A stretch of DNA of 64,000 bases from Stegostoma tigrinum (lineage: Eukaryota). The position numbers were made by a program, and so were the translations under genes. Shown one piece after another: positions 12,126-24,945 of the stretch. Position 1 is the stretch's first letter. Each line of letters begins with the position of its first letter. A model generated the notes under the pieces. It saw nothing but the letters and a program-made list of their open reading frames with translations, ran no database searches and was not told the DNA's origin. The stretch spans positions 10,549,914-10,613,913 of the forward strand of contig NC_081386.1 in the NCBI RefSeq assembly GCF_030684315.1, given 5' to 3'.

Positions 12126-12638
12126 TCCAGTTTTTTTTTGTAGTGTTGGATGCCATCAGCATACAGGTCACTGCTCATATTGCCATGTATTTAGCTGGGA
12201 AAATCCACATACAATGTCCAGTACGCCTGAGAGCTCAAATTATTATACATTCAATTATGAAATCAGAAAAAAAACAAATTCATTAGGACTGCCAATTTCA
12301 AATTCTCAGGGAGTGATTTTGGAAACTGGCAGAAAGTGAGAATTGTGCTCATAGGACATGCCTGTTTAAACATTTTGTTTTTAGCCGATAATTTGGGGCT
12401 AATCAGTGATTACCACAAATTAAACCTGCCTGTAGACTCTAAAACAGACCCTTGTAGATTCAACACCCAAGCACTGATTGAGAGCAATTTCCATGGAACT
12501 TCCCTGACAAGGTTAGTTTTATAGACTGCATTTTTTTATTGATCAAGCTATTTTTCAAATCAACGTATTCAGAAATGTTATTACACACCTCTGGAGCAGG
12601 TGGGACTCGAACCTGCGCCTCCTAGTCCACGGATAAGG

Positions 12639-12990
12639 GAGGCATTAGCCTAGCGGCATCATTGCTAGACTGTTAATCCAGAGACCCAGGAAATGTTCTG
12701 GGGACCTGTGTTCAAATCTCACCACACCAAATAGTGGAATTTGCATTCAACAGAAATCTGGAATTAAGAATCTAATAATGACTATGAATCCCTTGCCAAC
12801 TGTCGGAAAAACCTATCTGGCTCACGAATGCCCTTTAGGGAAGGAAATCTGCCATCCTTACCTGGTCTGGCCTACATGTGACTCCAGACCCACAGCAATG
12901 TGTTTGACTCCCTTTTGGGTGATTAGGGATGGGCAATAAATGTTGGCCTAGCCAGTGACACCCTCATCCAATGTATGAATTTTAAAAAAT
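12639..12990 (+). mobile_element. Full-length tRNA-derived SINE inserted in an older short SINE
   Basis: A-box-like tagcctagcgg, B-box-like gttcaaatctc, body tttagggaaggaaatctgccatccttacctggtctggcctacatgtgactccagacccacagcaatg, LINE-like tail and A-rich end. Confidence 0.85.
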
Positions 12991-13094
12991 CTACCACTGT
13001 GCCTCTGTAGTCTCCATAAATCAACTTCCACTCTAAATGTGCAATACACGGGATATCACGCAATGGTGTTTTTTCAGTTTCGTTCAGGCTGTAG

Positions 13095-13270
13095 ATGGGA
13101 GGGTGAACAAGTTTGCAGATATGGTATTGGAGACCCTGGTAGAGGAAGTCAAGAGGAGGAAAGATATCTGCTACCTAGTTCGCCTGAGCTCCAGGCCCTT
13201 TGTTCTGCAGCAGGCAGGGGTGTTCTGCTTGGTATCATGGCCTCTTACCAGTCTCCTCGAGACCCAACTG
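13095..13270 (+). mobile_element. Harbinger/PIF-type Myb/SANT ORF remnant
   Basis: GRVNKFADMVLETLVEEVKRRKDICYL resembles the R..F.D..LE.LV.EV..R.D.L Myb/SANT-like domain of Harbinger ORF2. Confidence 0.5.
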
Positions 13271-14152
13271 TATTCCTAACAAGATCTTCATCACCAAGCA
13301 TTCCTTTCTCCTGGTGATTCCTATAAGGTCCCAGTAAATATAGTAGCATAGCACTCACCATTTTTAGGTTACATTGTCAGGGAATATCCAGGCAATGAGG
13401 GTACTTAACAACATTTCCCAGAAGAGCTCTCAATGTGTTTCAAAATTAGTCTTCAAGGACATGATGCCAGTTCATCCCCAGCAGCAAGAGACAAGTGAAA
13501 GCCAAACATGGCAGTAAGTATTGTTAGACGTCCTCACTGTGAACTTGTTGCTCCCCGTTCAACCAGTCACTGTCAGGAGAGGTTGCATCTTGTAAAGCTG
13601 GCCAGCAAGATGGTGTGCAGTCTCTTTAATGAACACTGACAGAAAACTTAGTTGTTGATCAAAGCTGTAACAATCTGGCTATTCCTGTGGTGCACTCCAG
13701 ATCCTTGAAAAAAAGATGCTAACTTACACTGAAGTCAGGCTAAACCACCTTTGCAGCTCAAGAGTCCACCTTGTGCACCTCAGAGGTTCCTCAGGTGGTA
13801 CTTGGTGTGTATCCATTTTATACCTGTAATTTTTGAGTGGGGTTTGAAATGCTACCTGTTATTTAATGTGTTTACATTCTCTTTAAATATGGAATTCGAG
13901 TACGATATTATGCAAACAGTTTGCTCATTTCTTCATGTCTGTTTCAGATCTGTGGTCAAGGTATCCATTTCACGCTGCCTGTCTTCCCCATTGTACTGTA
14001 AGTCTTTCCTGTTCAAATATTTGTCCAGTTCTTTTTTGAAATTAACCATTGAATCTTGATCTCTTTACAAGCAGTGTTACAGATCACATCAGCACTCTGA
14101 GTAAAACAAAACTCTCTTCACGTCATCATTGGTTCTTTTTCCAACCTTCTTC

Positions 14153-14428
14153 TAGAACATAGAACATAGAACATAGAACATAGAACAGTACAGCACAGAA
14201 CAGGCCCTTCAGCCCACAATGTTGTGCCGACCATTGATCCTCATGTATGCACCCTCAAATTTCTGTGACCATATACATGTCCAGCAGTCTCTTAAATGAC
14301 CCCAATGACCTTGCTTCCACAACTGCTGCTGGCAACGCATTCCATGCTCTCACAACTCTCTGTGTAAAGAACCTGCCTCTGACATCCCCTCTATACTTTC
14401 CACCAACCAGCTTAAAACTATGACCACT
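14153..14428 (-). mobile_element. CR1/HER1 LINE 3' end with (CATAGAA)n tail
   Basis: ORF 14255..14464(-) GHSFKLVGGKYRGDVRGRFFTQRVVRAWNALP; tandem tagaaca repeats at 14153-14187. Confidence 0.9.
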
Positions 14429-14569
14429 TCTGTTACTTTCTTCTGTGAACTGGCCATTTACCACAAAAAATGACCGTCTTTATTTACTCTCTCATGACAA
14501 ACACATGCACTGATTGTTGCAAAATAACTTTAAAGTGCATTGAGGTGCGCATATCTCTGCAGAAGGTGA

Positions 14570-14870
14570 CATAGCAGCTCAGTTCAATTCCACTCTTGGG
14601 TAACTGCCTGTGTGGACCTTGTACATTCTCCTTGAGTCTGTGTGGGTTTCCTTCAGGTGCTCTGACATGGCCCCACATTCCAAAGTTGTGCGGGTTAGGT
14701 AGATTGGCCATGCTAAGTTGTCCATAGTGTCAAGGGGCGTGCAGGCTAGGTGGGTTAGCCATGGGAAATGCAGGTTACGGGATTGGGTAGAGGGCTGGAA
14801 TGCTCTTTGGAGGGTCGGTGTGGAGTCGATGGGCTGAGTAGCCTGCTTCCACGCTATAGGGATTCTATGA
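14570..14870 (+). mobile_element. HE1-like V-SINE
   Basis: V-domain tgtgtgg..cattctcc..gtctgtgtgggtttccttcaggtgctc, then attggccatgctaa and a CR1-like tail. Confidence 0.85.
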
Positions 14871-15232
14871 AGATTTATTTCAAAGCACACGAAACTGCTG
14901 CCATAGCTACTCACGGTGAATATCCCTCTGCTAACATTTGCAGCAATGCAAAATATGGCACAATTTTTCCAGTAACTTGGTGTTAAAAATGTCTTTTTTT
15001 AAACTTTCCCGGGGCAGTCATTAAGACAACCTGGCATATCCTTCTCTTAGCAGGTGAAGGGAGCTGAGATTAAGGCTCTCAACATGTCAACAAACACCAT
15101 TTCAAAGAAACCAGCCAATGACAGAACAAAAATGCCTGCATACAAAATCTATGAAATGCACAGAATTTAATCTATATATCTAAACATTTTACTTCTTCTG
15201 GTATTAAGCAGCACAATATCCATTCAGCTTCT

Positions 15233-15360
15233 ATGCAAATATTTCTTGGAGTGTTGGAATCCATCGCAGAGTACTTGGGTATGAACGTTTCCATAGAAAC
15301 AGCACATGGTATGGTTTAAAGTGTGCATCTTTGGCCAGCTGACACTGCTGTCTGATAGGG
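15233..15360. promoter_or_regulatory. Candidate enhancer motif cluster (octamer, RFX X-box, E-box)
   Basis: ATGCAAAT at 15233-15240, near-palindromic GTTTCCATAGAAAC at 15287-15300 and CAGCTG at about 15336, all in repeat-free sequence. Confidence 0.3.
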
Positions 15361-17060
15361 TAAAATGTGCTCTTGGTGTTGTAGGAAACACAGCACTCGC
15401 ATACTGAAAGTTTTGACAAAAATACATGTAGACAGTATAAACTATTTGTAATTTGCTTTCACAGTTTATCACAAGATTGTGTTACTGTCTTATAATCCAC
15501 TTTCTATTTACAAGCTTGTATTCTGCTCCCTGCTTCTGGTTTTGCAATAAACTTTCAGTTTACAATTGCGTAATTGATCGCCTTTCATTATCTTGTAATT
15601 CATTCCTTCTTTATAGTCCGTCATTCCAAAGAGACCACACTTTCTAATTACAGTTTGCAAAGTAAGTTGGATACCATCATTTTGTTTGTTATAATGCTCT
15701 ACCTTCGGGAAAATCATCATCTCTTCTTTTTATCTTCACTAGGCTACAACAATGATGTGTTTCTTTGCCAGCTACAGCACGATCCCTTCTCCAGCCTCTC
15801 TGTTGAGAAATGCTGTGATTAAGTGTTTCCACCTGTTTGAACACCAAGCATTTTTCAGCCAAGGGTTACCTCCAGAGCAGCATTTGGAAACACTTTAGAA
15901 AAATACCATAAACCCCAAGGGAGAAGCCGCACTATATCCTGTTGGTTAGCTGCTAAGTGTTTCAGTTCAGTGTGAGGAAATCAAAGTTAATTGTGCAACC
16001 AATAAAAGATAAACTTGTCTTGAAAAAAAAGTGCAGGGACCTTTTCACCTAAAGTGGATGTAACAAAGTAGATTATTTATTTTCATGCCAAATGGATCTA
16101 TTATATTGGCAAAGGTTGAAAAAAAGTGCCAATGTTTGGCTTTACCTTCAAAGGAGAATATTAGGACCAGGTCCATGTATAGGTTGTCATGAGATTAAGG
16201 CTGGGATGGCATTTCAACATTACAAATTAAAACAATATACATGTTGCAACCCATGCTAGTTTTCATTTGACCCTTTGCCAAATTATCCTGCCCAACTAAA
16301 TCACACTTTTGTTGTTCTTAAGAAAATATTGTTGATTTTGATAACTGTTAGTCAGTACAAATCTAATGAGGTAGTTTTTTAAATTAGTAACAAGGTTCAA
16401 AACCTCACGGATTTATTGGGCGCAAAAGAAACCGTGCAAAACCGTGTAAGGATTACATTTCACTGCAAGAATTCCTTTCCCATCGCAATGGAAAGTTGTG
16501 ATTCAATAAAAGCATTCTCAGTATACTGCCTGAGCAGTGTTTACATAAGGTTACACGAAAATGGCAATTTAATTTATACTGTGTTACTTTTCAAAGAAGC
16601 ATTGTTGAGCATGGTATCAATTTTGAAGTAACATTAAGGGGCTTCTAATATACAAGTAGAATGCTAGCTGTAACACTTGCCACCAAGAAAATGAAAGTTT
16701 ATAGAATTCATAATTGGTTAAATTCATTTTTCCTTTTCTTTATGATTTTTTTGATGTGTGACAGTTGAGGTTAAAATGAAGCTAATAATTTTTAAAAGCA
16801 TTTATAACAACTCTTGCACCTGAAGGAAAACACAGTATAATGATAGTATAAAAAGGGATATGTGGCCCTATGTCTGAATCTGTAGAACATTAGGAGGCAG
16901 AACTGTAGTGTTTAATTCTAATTGATTTGTATTTGATTATGCAATGCTGTTTGCTGATTTATTTAATTGTGCTTGCTTTCCTAAGTCTGTGGGGGAAGTA
17001 ATGACATCAAGTGATTGACTCTATGCACAGGTAGAAGAATCTTGAGAGGTCTCAGGCTCC

Positions 17061-17262
17061 CTGCGAAGGTAATAGGAACTGCAGATGCTGGAGAGTCTGA
17101 GATAACAAGGCGTGAAGCTGGATGAACACAGCAGGCCAAGCAGCATCTTGGGAGCAGAAAAGCTGGGGTCTAGGCCCGAAACATCAGCTTTCCTGCTCCT
17201 TAAGATGATGCCTGGCCTGCTGTGTTCATCTGGCTCCACACCTTGTTACCTCTGTGAAGGTA
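17061..17262. mobile_element. Penelope-derived foldback mini-element with TSD
   Basis: Inverted gctggatgaacacagcaggcc arms; TSD ctg(c/t)gaaggta at 17061-17071 and 17252-17262. Confidence 0.8.
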
Positions 17263-17897
17263 GCTTTTGTTGAAACTTCTTCAAGTTGTGAGGTGTTTAA
17301 AGTTCATTAAATAAATGTGGAAGATGGGTCACTGGACCTGAAATGTGAACTGACGTCTCTGATGCTGCCAGACTTGCTGAGGTTTTCATGCAATTTCTGT
17401 TTTTGTTTCAGGAAATAAATGGTTTGGATTTAGAACTAGCAAGTGACCTATTGATTGTATAACAAGTGGCAATGTATATACCCCTTGTTAATGTTGATGT
17501 GAAAAGTATGACTGTGGCTTCATCCTTTTCCATGAAATCTGTGATGGGAAATGTTGTCAAAATTTCCGAAATTGTGTCATGGAATAGCAGTGACAAAAAG
17601 AACCTCGGTGCATCTTAAAGAAATTTTCAAAGGGATTAATTTTGATGGCTTCTAATGTACCTTGAGAACAGGAAATGAAATTAGAACCAGAATTAGGTTT
17701 TTATTGTCATGTGTATTCAAGTACAGGGATACAAGAGTGCAGTGAAAAGTTAACAATGTTGCCATTCCCAGTGCTATCTTAGGTAATAGGTATAAAACCT
17801 TCAGTTCTAAAAGTTAAAAAAAAGAAGTAAGTTAAAAGCTCAGTTCTTGGCAGTATAAAGTAAATAAAAAGCAAAGTTTAAAAATCCTAATTAAGGC

Positions 17898-18553
17898 ATC
17901 ATGGGCTTTGATAATGAAATGTGAGGCTGGATGAACACAGCAGGCCCAGCAGCTTCTCAGGAGCACAAAAGCTGACGTTTCGGGCCTAGACCCTTCATCA
18001 GAGAGGGGGATGGGGTGAGTGTTCTGGAATAAATAGGGAGAGAGGGGAAGGCGGACCGAAGATGGAGAGAAAAGAAGATAGGTGGAGAGGAGGGTATAGG
18101 TGGGGAGGTAGGGAGGGGATAGGTCAGTCCAGGGAAGACGGACAGGTCAAGGAGGTGGGATGAGGTTAGTAGGTAGGAGATGGAGGTGCGGCTTGGGGTG
18201 GGAGGAAGGGATGGGTGAGAGGAAGAACAGGTTAGGGAGGCAGAGACAGGTTGGACTGGTTTTGGGGTGCAGTGGGGGGAGGGACAAACTGGGCTGGTTT
18301 TTGGATGCGGTGGGGGAAGGGGAGATTTTGAAGATGGTGAAGTCCACATTGTTACCATTGGGCTGCAGAGTTCCCAAGCGGAATATGAATTGCTGTTCCT
18401 GCAACCTTCAGGTGGCATGATTGTAGCACTGCAGGTCAGCAACATCAGCTTTTGTGCTCCTGAGATGCTGCTGGGCCTGCTGTGTTCATCCAGCCTCACA
18501 TTTCATTATCTTGGATTCTCCAGCATCTGCAGTTCCCATTATCATGGGCTTTG
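17898..18553 (-). mobile_element. Penelope-like (Neptune-type) 3' fragment with inverted terminal arm and 13-bp TSD
   Basis: QEQQFIFRLGTLQPNGNNVDF (GIY-YIG C-terminus); inverted arms; TSD atcatgggctttg at 17898-17910 and 18541-18553. Confidence 0.9.
17972..18001 (-). ncRNA. Minimal type I hammerhead ribozyme motif (intact core)
   Basis: Minus strand reads CUGAUGA-A-GGGU(CUAG)GCCC-GAA-ACGU-C-AG. Confidence 0.65.
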
Positions 18554-19984
18554 CTTTGCTTTGAACCAACCAAATTTAGCTGCCGATCAAAGCCTGGTAG
18601 GAGAAAGTGCCACTGGCAAATAATCAGCTCTGCAATCTTGCACCTCATACAATGCAGGATGGAAGTCAAGGAATTCCATAACATGGCCCCTGTTCACCCA
18701 GTACAAATCATCGGCTTAAATTTCTACATTTATAAGCTTAACAAGGTGAATAATAATAATTCATTGTAATTTGTGATGACAGTATGCTTACTGGTTTCTA
18801 AAGAGTCTTTCCTTGATTTGAATGATTTTGATGTTTTGATTGCAAAGTTTTAATGCAACATTATTCAGTTTTCATTGTGATCTTTATATGATTAATATAT
18901 TTGAACATGTGGCACTATCTGTTGAAAATTATATGACAGAGTTGGCCTCCTGGAAGGTGTTTTTCTTTACAATCTCACATTCATATTGTAAGAACTGTCT
19001 TCAGTAAAAATAAATGATTGAGACCATTCTGATAACTAACAGAGTGGTTGTCATTTTGGAAGATGCTTCTATTCAGTATTTTCATAGTTTAACATTTAAT
19101 TCCCATTGCCACCAGCATCAGCATTTAATAATTAATTGTACTTAATGCTTCACTATAGCAGACAGATCATTGTTTGATGTATCACAATTGGGTGATCAAT
19201 TAAAAATCAATTGAAACCGTTCTGTTCACTTTATTTTCTGCCACTTATTCATTTCCTCTTTCCTGCTTCTGAAGGGAGAATTTGTGGTTGTTTGACTTCA
19301 CTAGTTCAGCTGATTTGGAAGTACATTCCTGAAAAAAAACTTTGCATAAATTGGTTTGTAGCCAAAGTAGCTGTAATAATGAAAAGTACAGGACAATAAG
19401 TGTGAGAAGCTACTTTTGCATTGCTTAATTTGCAATTCTCAGCAAGGTAAATCACTAGAACGTCAAGTGTGATCATGCAAACTAAACTGTGGAACAGTAA
19501 ATGAGCCATTTAATCTTTGGTAATGGATAAAGTCTTTGGTGCTAGACAGTACTAGAATTTTAAAGGTTTTCTTTCTGAGGCATGAGCTGTGTTTCAGATT
19601 TTTGGAAAATTAATTAAAGAGGTACTTATGGCATTAACATGTTATGGTCATTTTACCAAATGTGTAATATGTGTAGCTCAGAGTAGGATTGGAATGCATG
19701 TAATCATCATCTTGTAAAAAGAAAGGCAATTGCATCTACATTTGAAATTTCATGTTTTGAGCATGTCCTATAATTTTTCACAATGAATGCAACATTTTTT
19801 GAAGTACTACCACTTCTGTTATAAAGACAAATTTGTGGAAAGTCAGATCCCAGGAATAAATAAAGCATATTTCGAAGTAACTCAAGGACTGAATGCAAGT
19901 CGAGTAGAATGCTTGGTTCTCCAACAGTACTGTAAGACCTTGTACCTGAAAATGCCTTTGCTTTTACATCCTACCCAAAAGATA

Positions 19985-20500
19985 TCTTGTACGGGCATGA
20001 CACAACAGAGCCAATAGGCTGGAGGAACCGCACCTCAATTTTTGCTTGGGAACTTGACAGCCTTATAGACTCAATACAGAGTTCAACAACTTTAGGGCTT
20101 GAGCTTCTCCCAGGTCCTTACTTTAACCCCCACACATCAGACCTTGTTATCACATAGTCTGCCATTAGACACAACCTATTGTTAACCACTAACAGTCCCC
20201 ATTAATAACTATTCATCTTCCTGGCCTGATCATTATCCACTCCTTTGTCTGTCCAATTGTTCTCTATTTTTGGTCTCTATCCCTATCTATCATTTAATCC
20301 TTAACCTCTACACCTATCCTTGCTTCTGCACACAAAAACAACATTTTCCTAGCCCCATCAGTTCTGAGGAAGGGTCACTGGACCCAAAACGCTAACTCTG
20401 ATTTCTCTCCACAGGTACTGCCAGACCTGCTGAGCTTTTCCAGCAATTTCTGATTTTGTTTCTGATTTCCAGCATCTGTAGTTGTTTGGGTTTTTATTTT
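19985..20500 (+). mobile_element. Penelope-like 3' fragment with terminal repeat
   Basis: RLEEPHLNFCLGT*QPYRLNTEFNNFRA*; terminal ctgaggaagggtcactggacccaaaacg hammerhead-like motif. Confidence 0.75.
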
Positions 20501-20589
20501 GGTAGAGTCAATAGGAGTCTTCCCTTCTGGTTGGACAGAGCTGTGTCTCACCACTTGTCAGGATGCCCAGCTGATTTTTATTTTAATTA

Positions 20590-20915
20590 CTTTTGGGATG
20601 TTGTTATCACTGGCTACGCCAACATTTTTTGCCAATTTAATCGCCCTGACAGCAGTTAAGAATCATCTACGTTGTCGTTGATCTGGATTTACATGGAGGC
20701 CTAACCATACAAGGATGGCAGATTTCCTTCCCTGTTATTGAACCTGATGGGTTCTTTACAACAACTGACAGTGGTTACATGGTTGCAATTGGGCTAGTTT
20801 CTGATTTCCGAATTTAATTGAATTTAAAACTCCCCATTTATCACAGTTGGATTTGAACACATATCCCCAGAATACTTGCCTGAGGTTCTAGATTTTATAA
20901 TAACATCATTACTAT
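20590..20915 (-). mobile_element. tRNA-derived SINE (12639 family), decayed
   Basis: gggatg..ctggctacgccaacattt..aaggatggcagatttccttccct..ggatttgaac. Confidence 0.7.
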
Positions 20916-22766
20916 GTTGCCATCTTTCTAGCCCAATCAGGAATTTAACTAAGTGGGTACATATGACTTTTCTCGGGATCGAGGACTCCAGCTCCAACTG
21001 TCTTCCTCCTCCTCCTTGCTCACTGAGAACTGGACCCCATTTAGTGGCTGGCATCTGTGAATTGCTTAATGGTGCCACTGGGAAAGTGGTCGCTGCCAAA
21101 AACATAGTCAGCTGAAGCCAGGGTCTCTGAGGGACTAAGATTGCAAGTGAACGGGGGGGGGGGGGGGGGGGGAGCGCGGGGACATGGAGAAAGTTGGAGC
21201 AAGTGCAGGGGCATAACTTTCATAGGGTGAAGCTGCTTCTCAAGGCTGGGTCACTTGATGGGGCATTCACTGCCTCTCGATGAGGTATCATCTCTGGAAG
21301 CCTACAAACCTTCTGACAGGCTTCCAATATGGTGAATTTTCCATCCAGTAGTAATCACCCATTGGTTTTCAGGTCCTTAATTCTGTATTAATTGTCCGTT
21401 TAAGAGCCTCAATTGGTAGCAGGGCTGGGGAAGTCTTTGCCTTGGCTGCAGAGGTGGATAGTTGTGAAGACTCCACTTGCTATCCTTACCAACTTAATAA
21501 GTCACTTTCCACACACATATCTAAGGAGGCATTAAATTCCGATTTAAGTGTCAGCTTTGACCATATGATTGAGTCTAAGTTTTGAACCCAGAGCCTTTTC
21601 ACATAGAGCTAAGAGTGTTATCTCTGAGCCAAGTTGATACCAGAATGGATGCTAATGAAAAAAATGGCTCTTGTGAAAAAGATTATAGAAACATGGAAAA
21701 TTTATATTGACAGGACACCGTTCAGCCCATTATTTTGTCAGTGCTAATTTGTGAAGTGAGGATGAAGATGATGGTTTAACACAACAATATTTTATTGACT
21801 GAAGGAAAAAAAAACTGCACCCATCAACCAACTCCTGACTAGGAGAGGACATCAGCTGTCCAATAGCTCCAACAAGTAATTAATGTTGTATCATGGTATT
21901 CACAATTTACTGTGGGAATGCTATATAAATGTGGTGTGGTTATAACAAGTATACAATAGAAGATAGGAAAATGTAATATTTTGCTTTATTCTAATTTTCA
22001 TTGCATGAACAAAGATATGAACATGTTATGACAGTGGTTTTATTTTAAAGGAACCCTCCCTCAAAGATCTTACATAATGGTCATTAATCATACTTTCATA
22101 TCTGCACTGCATTTTGTTCAAGTTCAGTATCCTGTTGATTGCATTCTGTTCAAACTCAAACTTTCAGTGAACTTTTCAGTTTCAACTTAAATTTATGCTC
22201 CACGTGTGGTCTGGAGTGCACAGAGAGCTAATGTTAAAGTAAGAATTATAGTGGTATGTTATATTGATCTGTGTTCCAACGCTTTAAACTTTGAAGTGCA
22301 AAAGATGTCTCATTTTGTAAATAAGTTGCACGACCACATTGAAAATGCATTTTTTAATCTATATGTAAAAAAACAAACGTTTGTGTGAAACATGAAATTT
22401 ATAATATTACTAGATAGAGGGTTTGCTGTATCATCTGATTTATTTTCCATATTCCACAACAAATTTTAATAGTTGGTGTAACTTTTCCTACTGCCCACAA
22501 ATTGCGTCACCCAATGGCACAGAGAACTGGGTCATTTGAAGCACAGCAGGATGTCATTGAGCTCAATGTGCTCGGACTAGTATTATCATTCTAGTTGGTG
22601 CTGTTGACTCTAACTGTACGTTCAACAGCTCAAACCTGTTCCACCATTCAATTAGTTCATGACTGATCTGTGCATCAATTCCATTTAACTACCATTTGAC
22701 CCACATTTTTTTGTTCCTATACCTAACAAAAATCTATTAATCTCTGTTGTAAAAATTTCTTGCAAA

Positions 22767-22977
22767 CAGATATTTATCCAGAAATCGCTGGAAAAGCTCA
22801 GCAGGCTTGGCAGGATCTGTGAAGAGAAATCAGAATTAGTCCTTCTGCACCTGAAATGTTGGCACTGATTTCTCTTCACCGATCCTGCCAGATCTGCTAA
22901 GCTTTTCCAGCAAAATGTTTTTGTTTCTGATTTACAGTTTCTGCAGTTCTATTAGTTTTTATTCAGATATTTATCCA
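22767..22977. mobile_element. Penelope-derived foldback mini-element with 14-bp TSD
   Basis: Arms gctggaaaagctcagcagg / ctgctaagcttttccagc; TSD cagatatttatcca at 22767-22780 and 22964-22977. Confidence 0.85.
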
Positions 22978-23246
22978 ACTATCTTTGAAACCATCCTATC
23001 AGCTATCTCATAAGTATTCAAAAATGTTTTTCAATAAGCAATTAGACTTTGCTTTGTATAACGAATTTGTTGTAGTTCAGAAAATAGAAGATAGCTATGA
23101 TTGTTTTAAAAGATAGATTGCTCCTGAAAGGGAGAACTGACATCAGGGTAAGCTCCATGATCAGGATATAAATGTCTGTCTCTGAGAGGAGATAAACCCT
23201 TCCAGTTTCATGTTCAATGCTAAGTTAAACAGTAAAACGTACTCAC

Positions 23247-23334
23247 TTTCAAGTCTAGCCCAAAGTCTCTGAGAGACCCTGATGTAATTCAGATGTAACA
23301 TAATAGCTATCAAGTATAATGTAGTCAACCTTCT
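23247..23334 (-). CDS. Possible 88-nt exon (unverified)
   Basis: Minus strand ctctgtctttctaaacag|AGAAGG...TTGAAA|gtgagt; one open frame RRLTTLYLIAIMLHLNYIRVSQRLWARLE. Confidence 0.2.
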
Positions 23335-23437
23335 CTGTTTAGAAAGACAGAGCCTCTGTGCTGTCAAAGACTTGGTGTGAACATTGTTCCTTACTTTTTG
23401 TATCAATATATTGGACAACTACCAATAAGATGGATCG

Positions 23438-23655
23438 ATAGATTCCCTGCAGTGTGGAAACAGGCCCTTCAGCCCAACAAGTCCACACAACCTGTTGAAG
23501 CATCCCATCCAGAACCATCCCCCTATAACCCACACACCCCTGAACGCTACAGGCAATTTAGCATGGCCAATCCACCTAGCTTGCACGTCTTTGGGCTGTG
23601 GGAAGAAACTGGAGCACCCGGAGGAAACCCATGCAGACACAGGGAGAATGTGCCT
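23438..23655 (-). mobile_element. HE1-like V-SINE, 5'-truncated
   Basis: cagtgtggaaacaggcccttcagcccaacaagtcc..gcaatttagcatggccaatccacc..gaggaaacccatgcagacacagggagaatgtgc. Confidence 0.9.
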
Positions 23656-24599
23656 AAGGTTTTAATCTGCTTTCTCTTCTCTCAGAACTACTGTATATTT
23701 TTGTGTTTGCATATGTATGTCTGCACATCTATGTGAAACTGTGGAAGGTGTCATTGGGGAGAATGGGTGAGATAATATGTCAACTTTACTCCATACCAGA
23801 ATAGGGGAGACTCAATTGCTAGTATTTTTATGCCCTTGTTTTACATTCATGCACTCTATTGTAATAAAGCTGTGTGTAAGACGATCTCTTCATTTTGTCT
23901 TTTGTAATTTGACCTTTTGCCTTTCATTGTTCTACGACTGAGTGTTTGCCTATTTACTAACCTGCAGGACCACGCTTCTGTAGTTTACCTTCTGACATGT
24001 TTTAAAAACTTCAATGAGATCAATCTTTTGCTTTCCATGAAAAAAACCTTTCAGAGATTTTATATTCAGAAACGTTTTCTGAAGAAAGATCTAGGCCCAA
24101 GACGTCAGCTTTAATGCTCCTCTGAAGCTGCTTGCCTTGCTGTGTTCATCCAGCTCTACACCTTGTTATCTCTTTAAGAGACCTTCTCTATAACCATAAT
24201 CTTTTATTCCTGATATCAATTGAGTGTGTATTTGTTTTGAGTTACCTACAGTTCCAGAACGCCTCATATAATGGGCTACCTAAAATGGTCCAGCAGGAAC
24301 CTAACCAATATCCTGAACAAATCTAAATCTCATCTCTAAAAGCCACATTTAATCAGTAGCAAAAGTGTATCAATGCATATTCCTGACTGTATTTAATCCT
24401 GTCTGCTTTCCAATACGTCGGTGTATTATGGCAAGGTATATTTAACTAGCATTCTGAAGCAAAGGATGAAGAATTGAGATAAAGTATGACTTATGACCTG
24501 ATACAAATACAATTACAAATAAATTCAACTGGTGAAATGATGAAAAAAACTCAAAGAAACACTCGTAAAATCAACTATATTCATCTGAAGTTTTTTTTA

Positions 24600-24945
24600 T
24601 GTATTACCAGAGTTACTGGCTAGGCAAGCATTGTCACCCCCTTGAGCTGTGTAGCTTGTAGGCCATAGGGTAGTCAAGGATCAACCACATTGCTGTTGGT
24701 CTGGAATCACAACCAGGTGAGGGTGACAGTTTGTTTCTACTAAAGAAAATTACTGAAACAGTTAGATTCAACAATCAATAGTGGTTTCATGGCCACCATT
24801 AGACATTTAACTGTAGATTTTCTCCAAAAAATTGCATTCAAATTCCACCATTTAACTTGGTAGCATTTGAACCTGGGTTCCCAGAATATTACCTGGGTGT
24901 CTAACTTACCAGCTTAACAGCAATACCACTACACCATTACCTCAT
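24600..24945 (-). mobile_element. tRNA-derived SINE (12639 family), decayed
   Basis: ctggctaggcaagcatt..caaccacattgctgttggtctggaatcac..atttgaacctgggttcccagaatattacctggg. Confidence 0.7.

Noticed and set aside
14915-15148. Minus-strand AG...GTGAGT segment encoding ILYAGIFVLSLAGFFEMVF (transmembrane-like)
   Set aside because: All frames hit stops before the donor, and T-rich DNA gives hydrophobic peptides by chance.
17957-18499. 180-aa Pro/Ser-rich ORF (also 53722..54369 and 33722..34258)
   Set aside because: Low-complexity translations of Penelope pyrimidine-rich terminal regions.
21153-21172. G20 homopolymer (also G runs at about 50273)
   Set aside because: Simple slippage tract inside decayed repeats; length unreliable; no supporting context.
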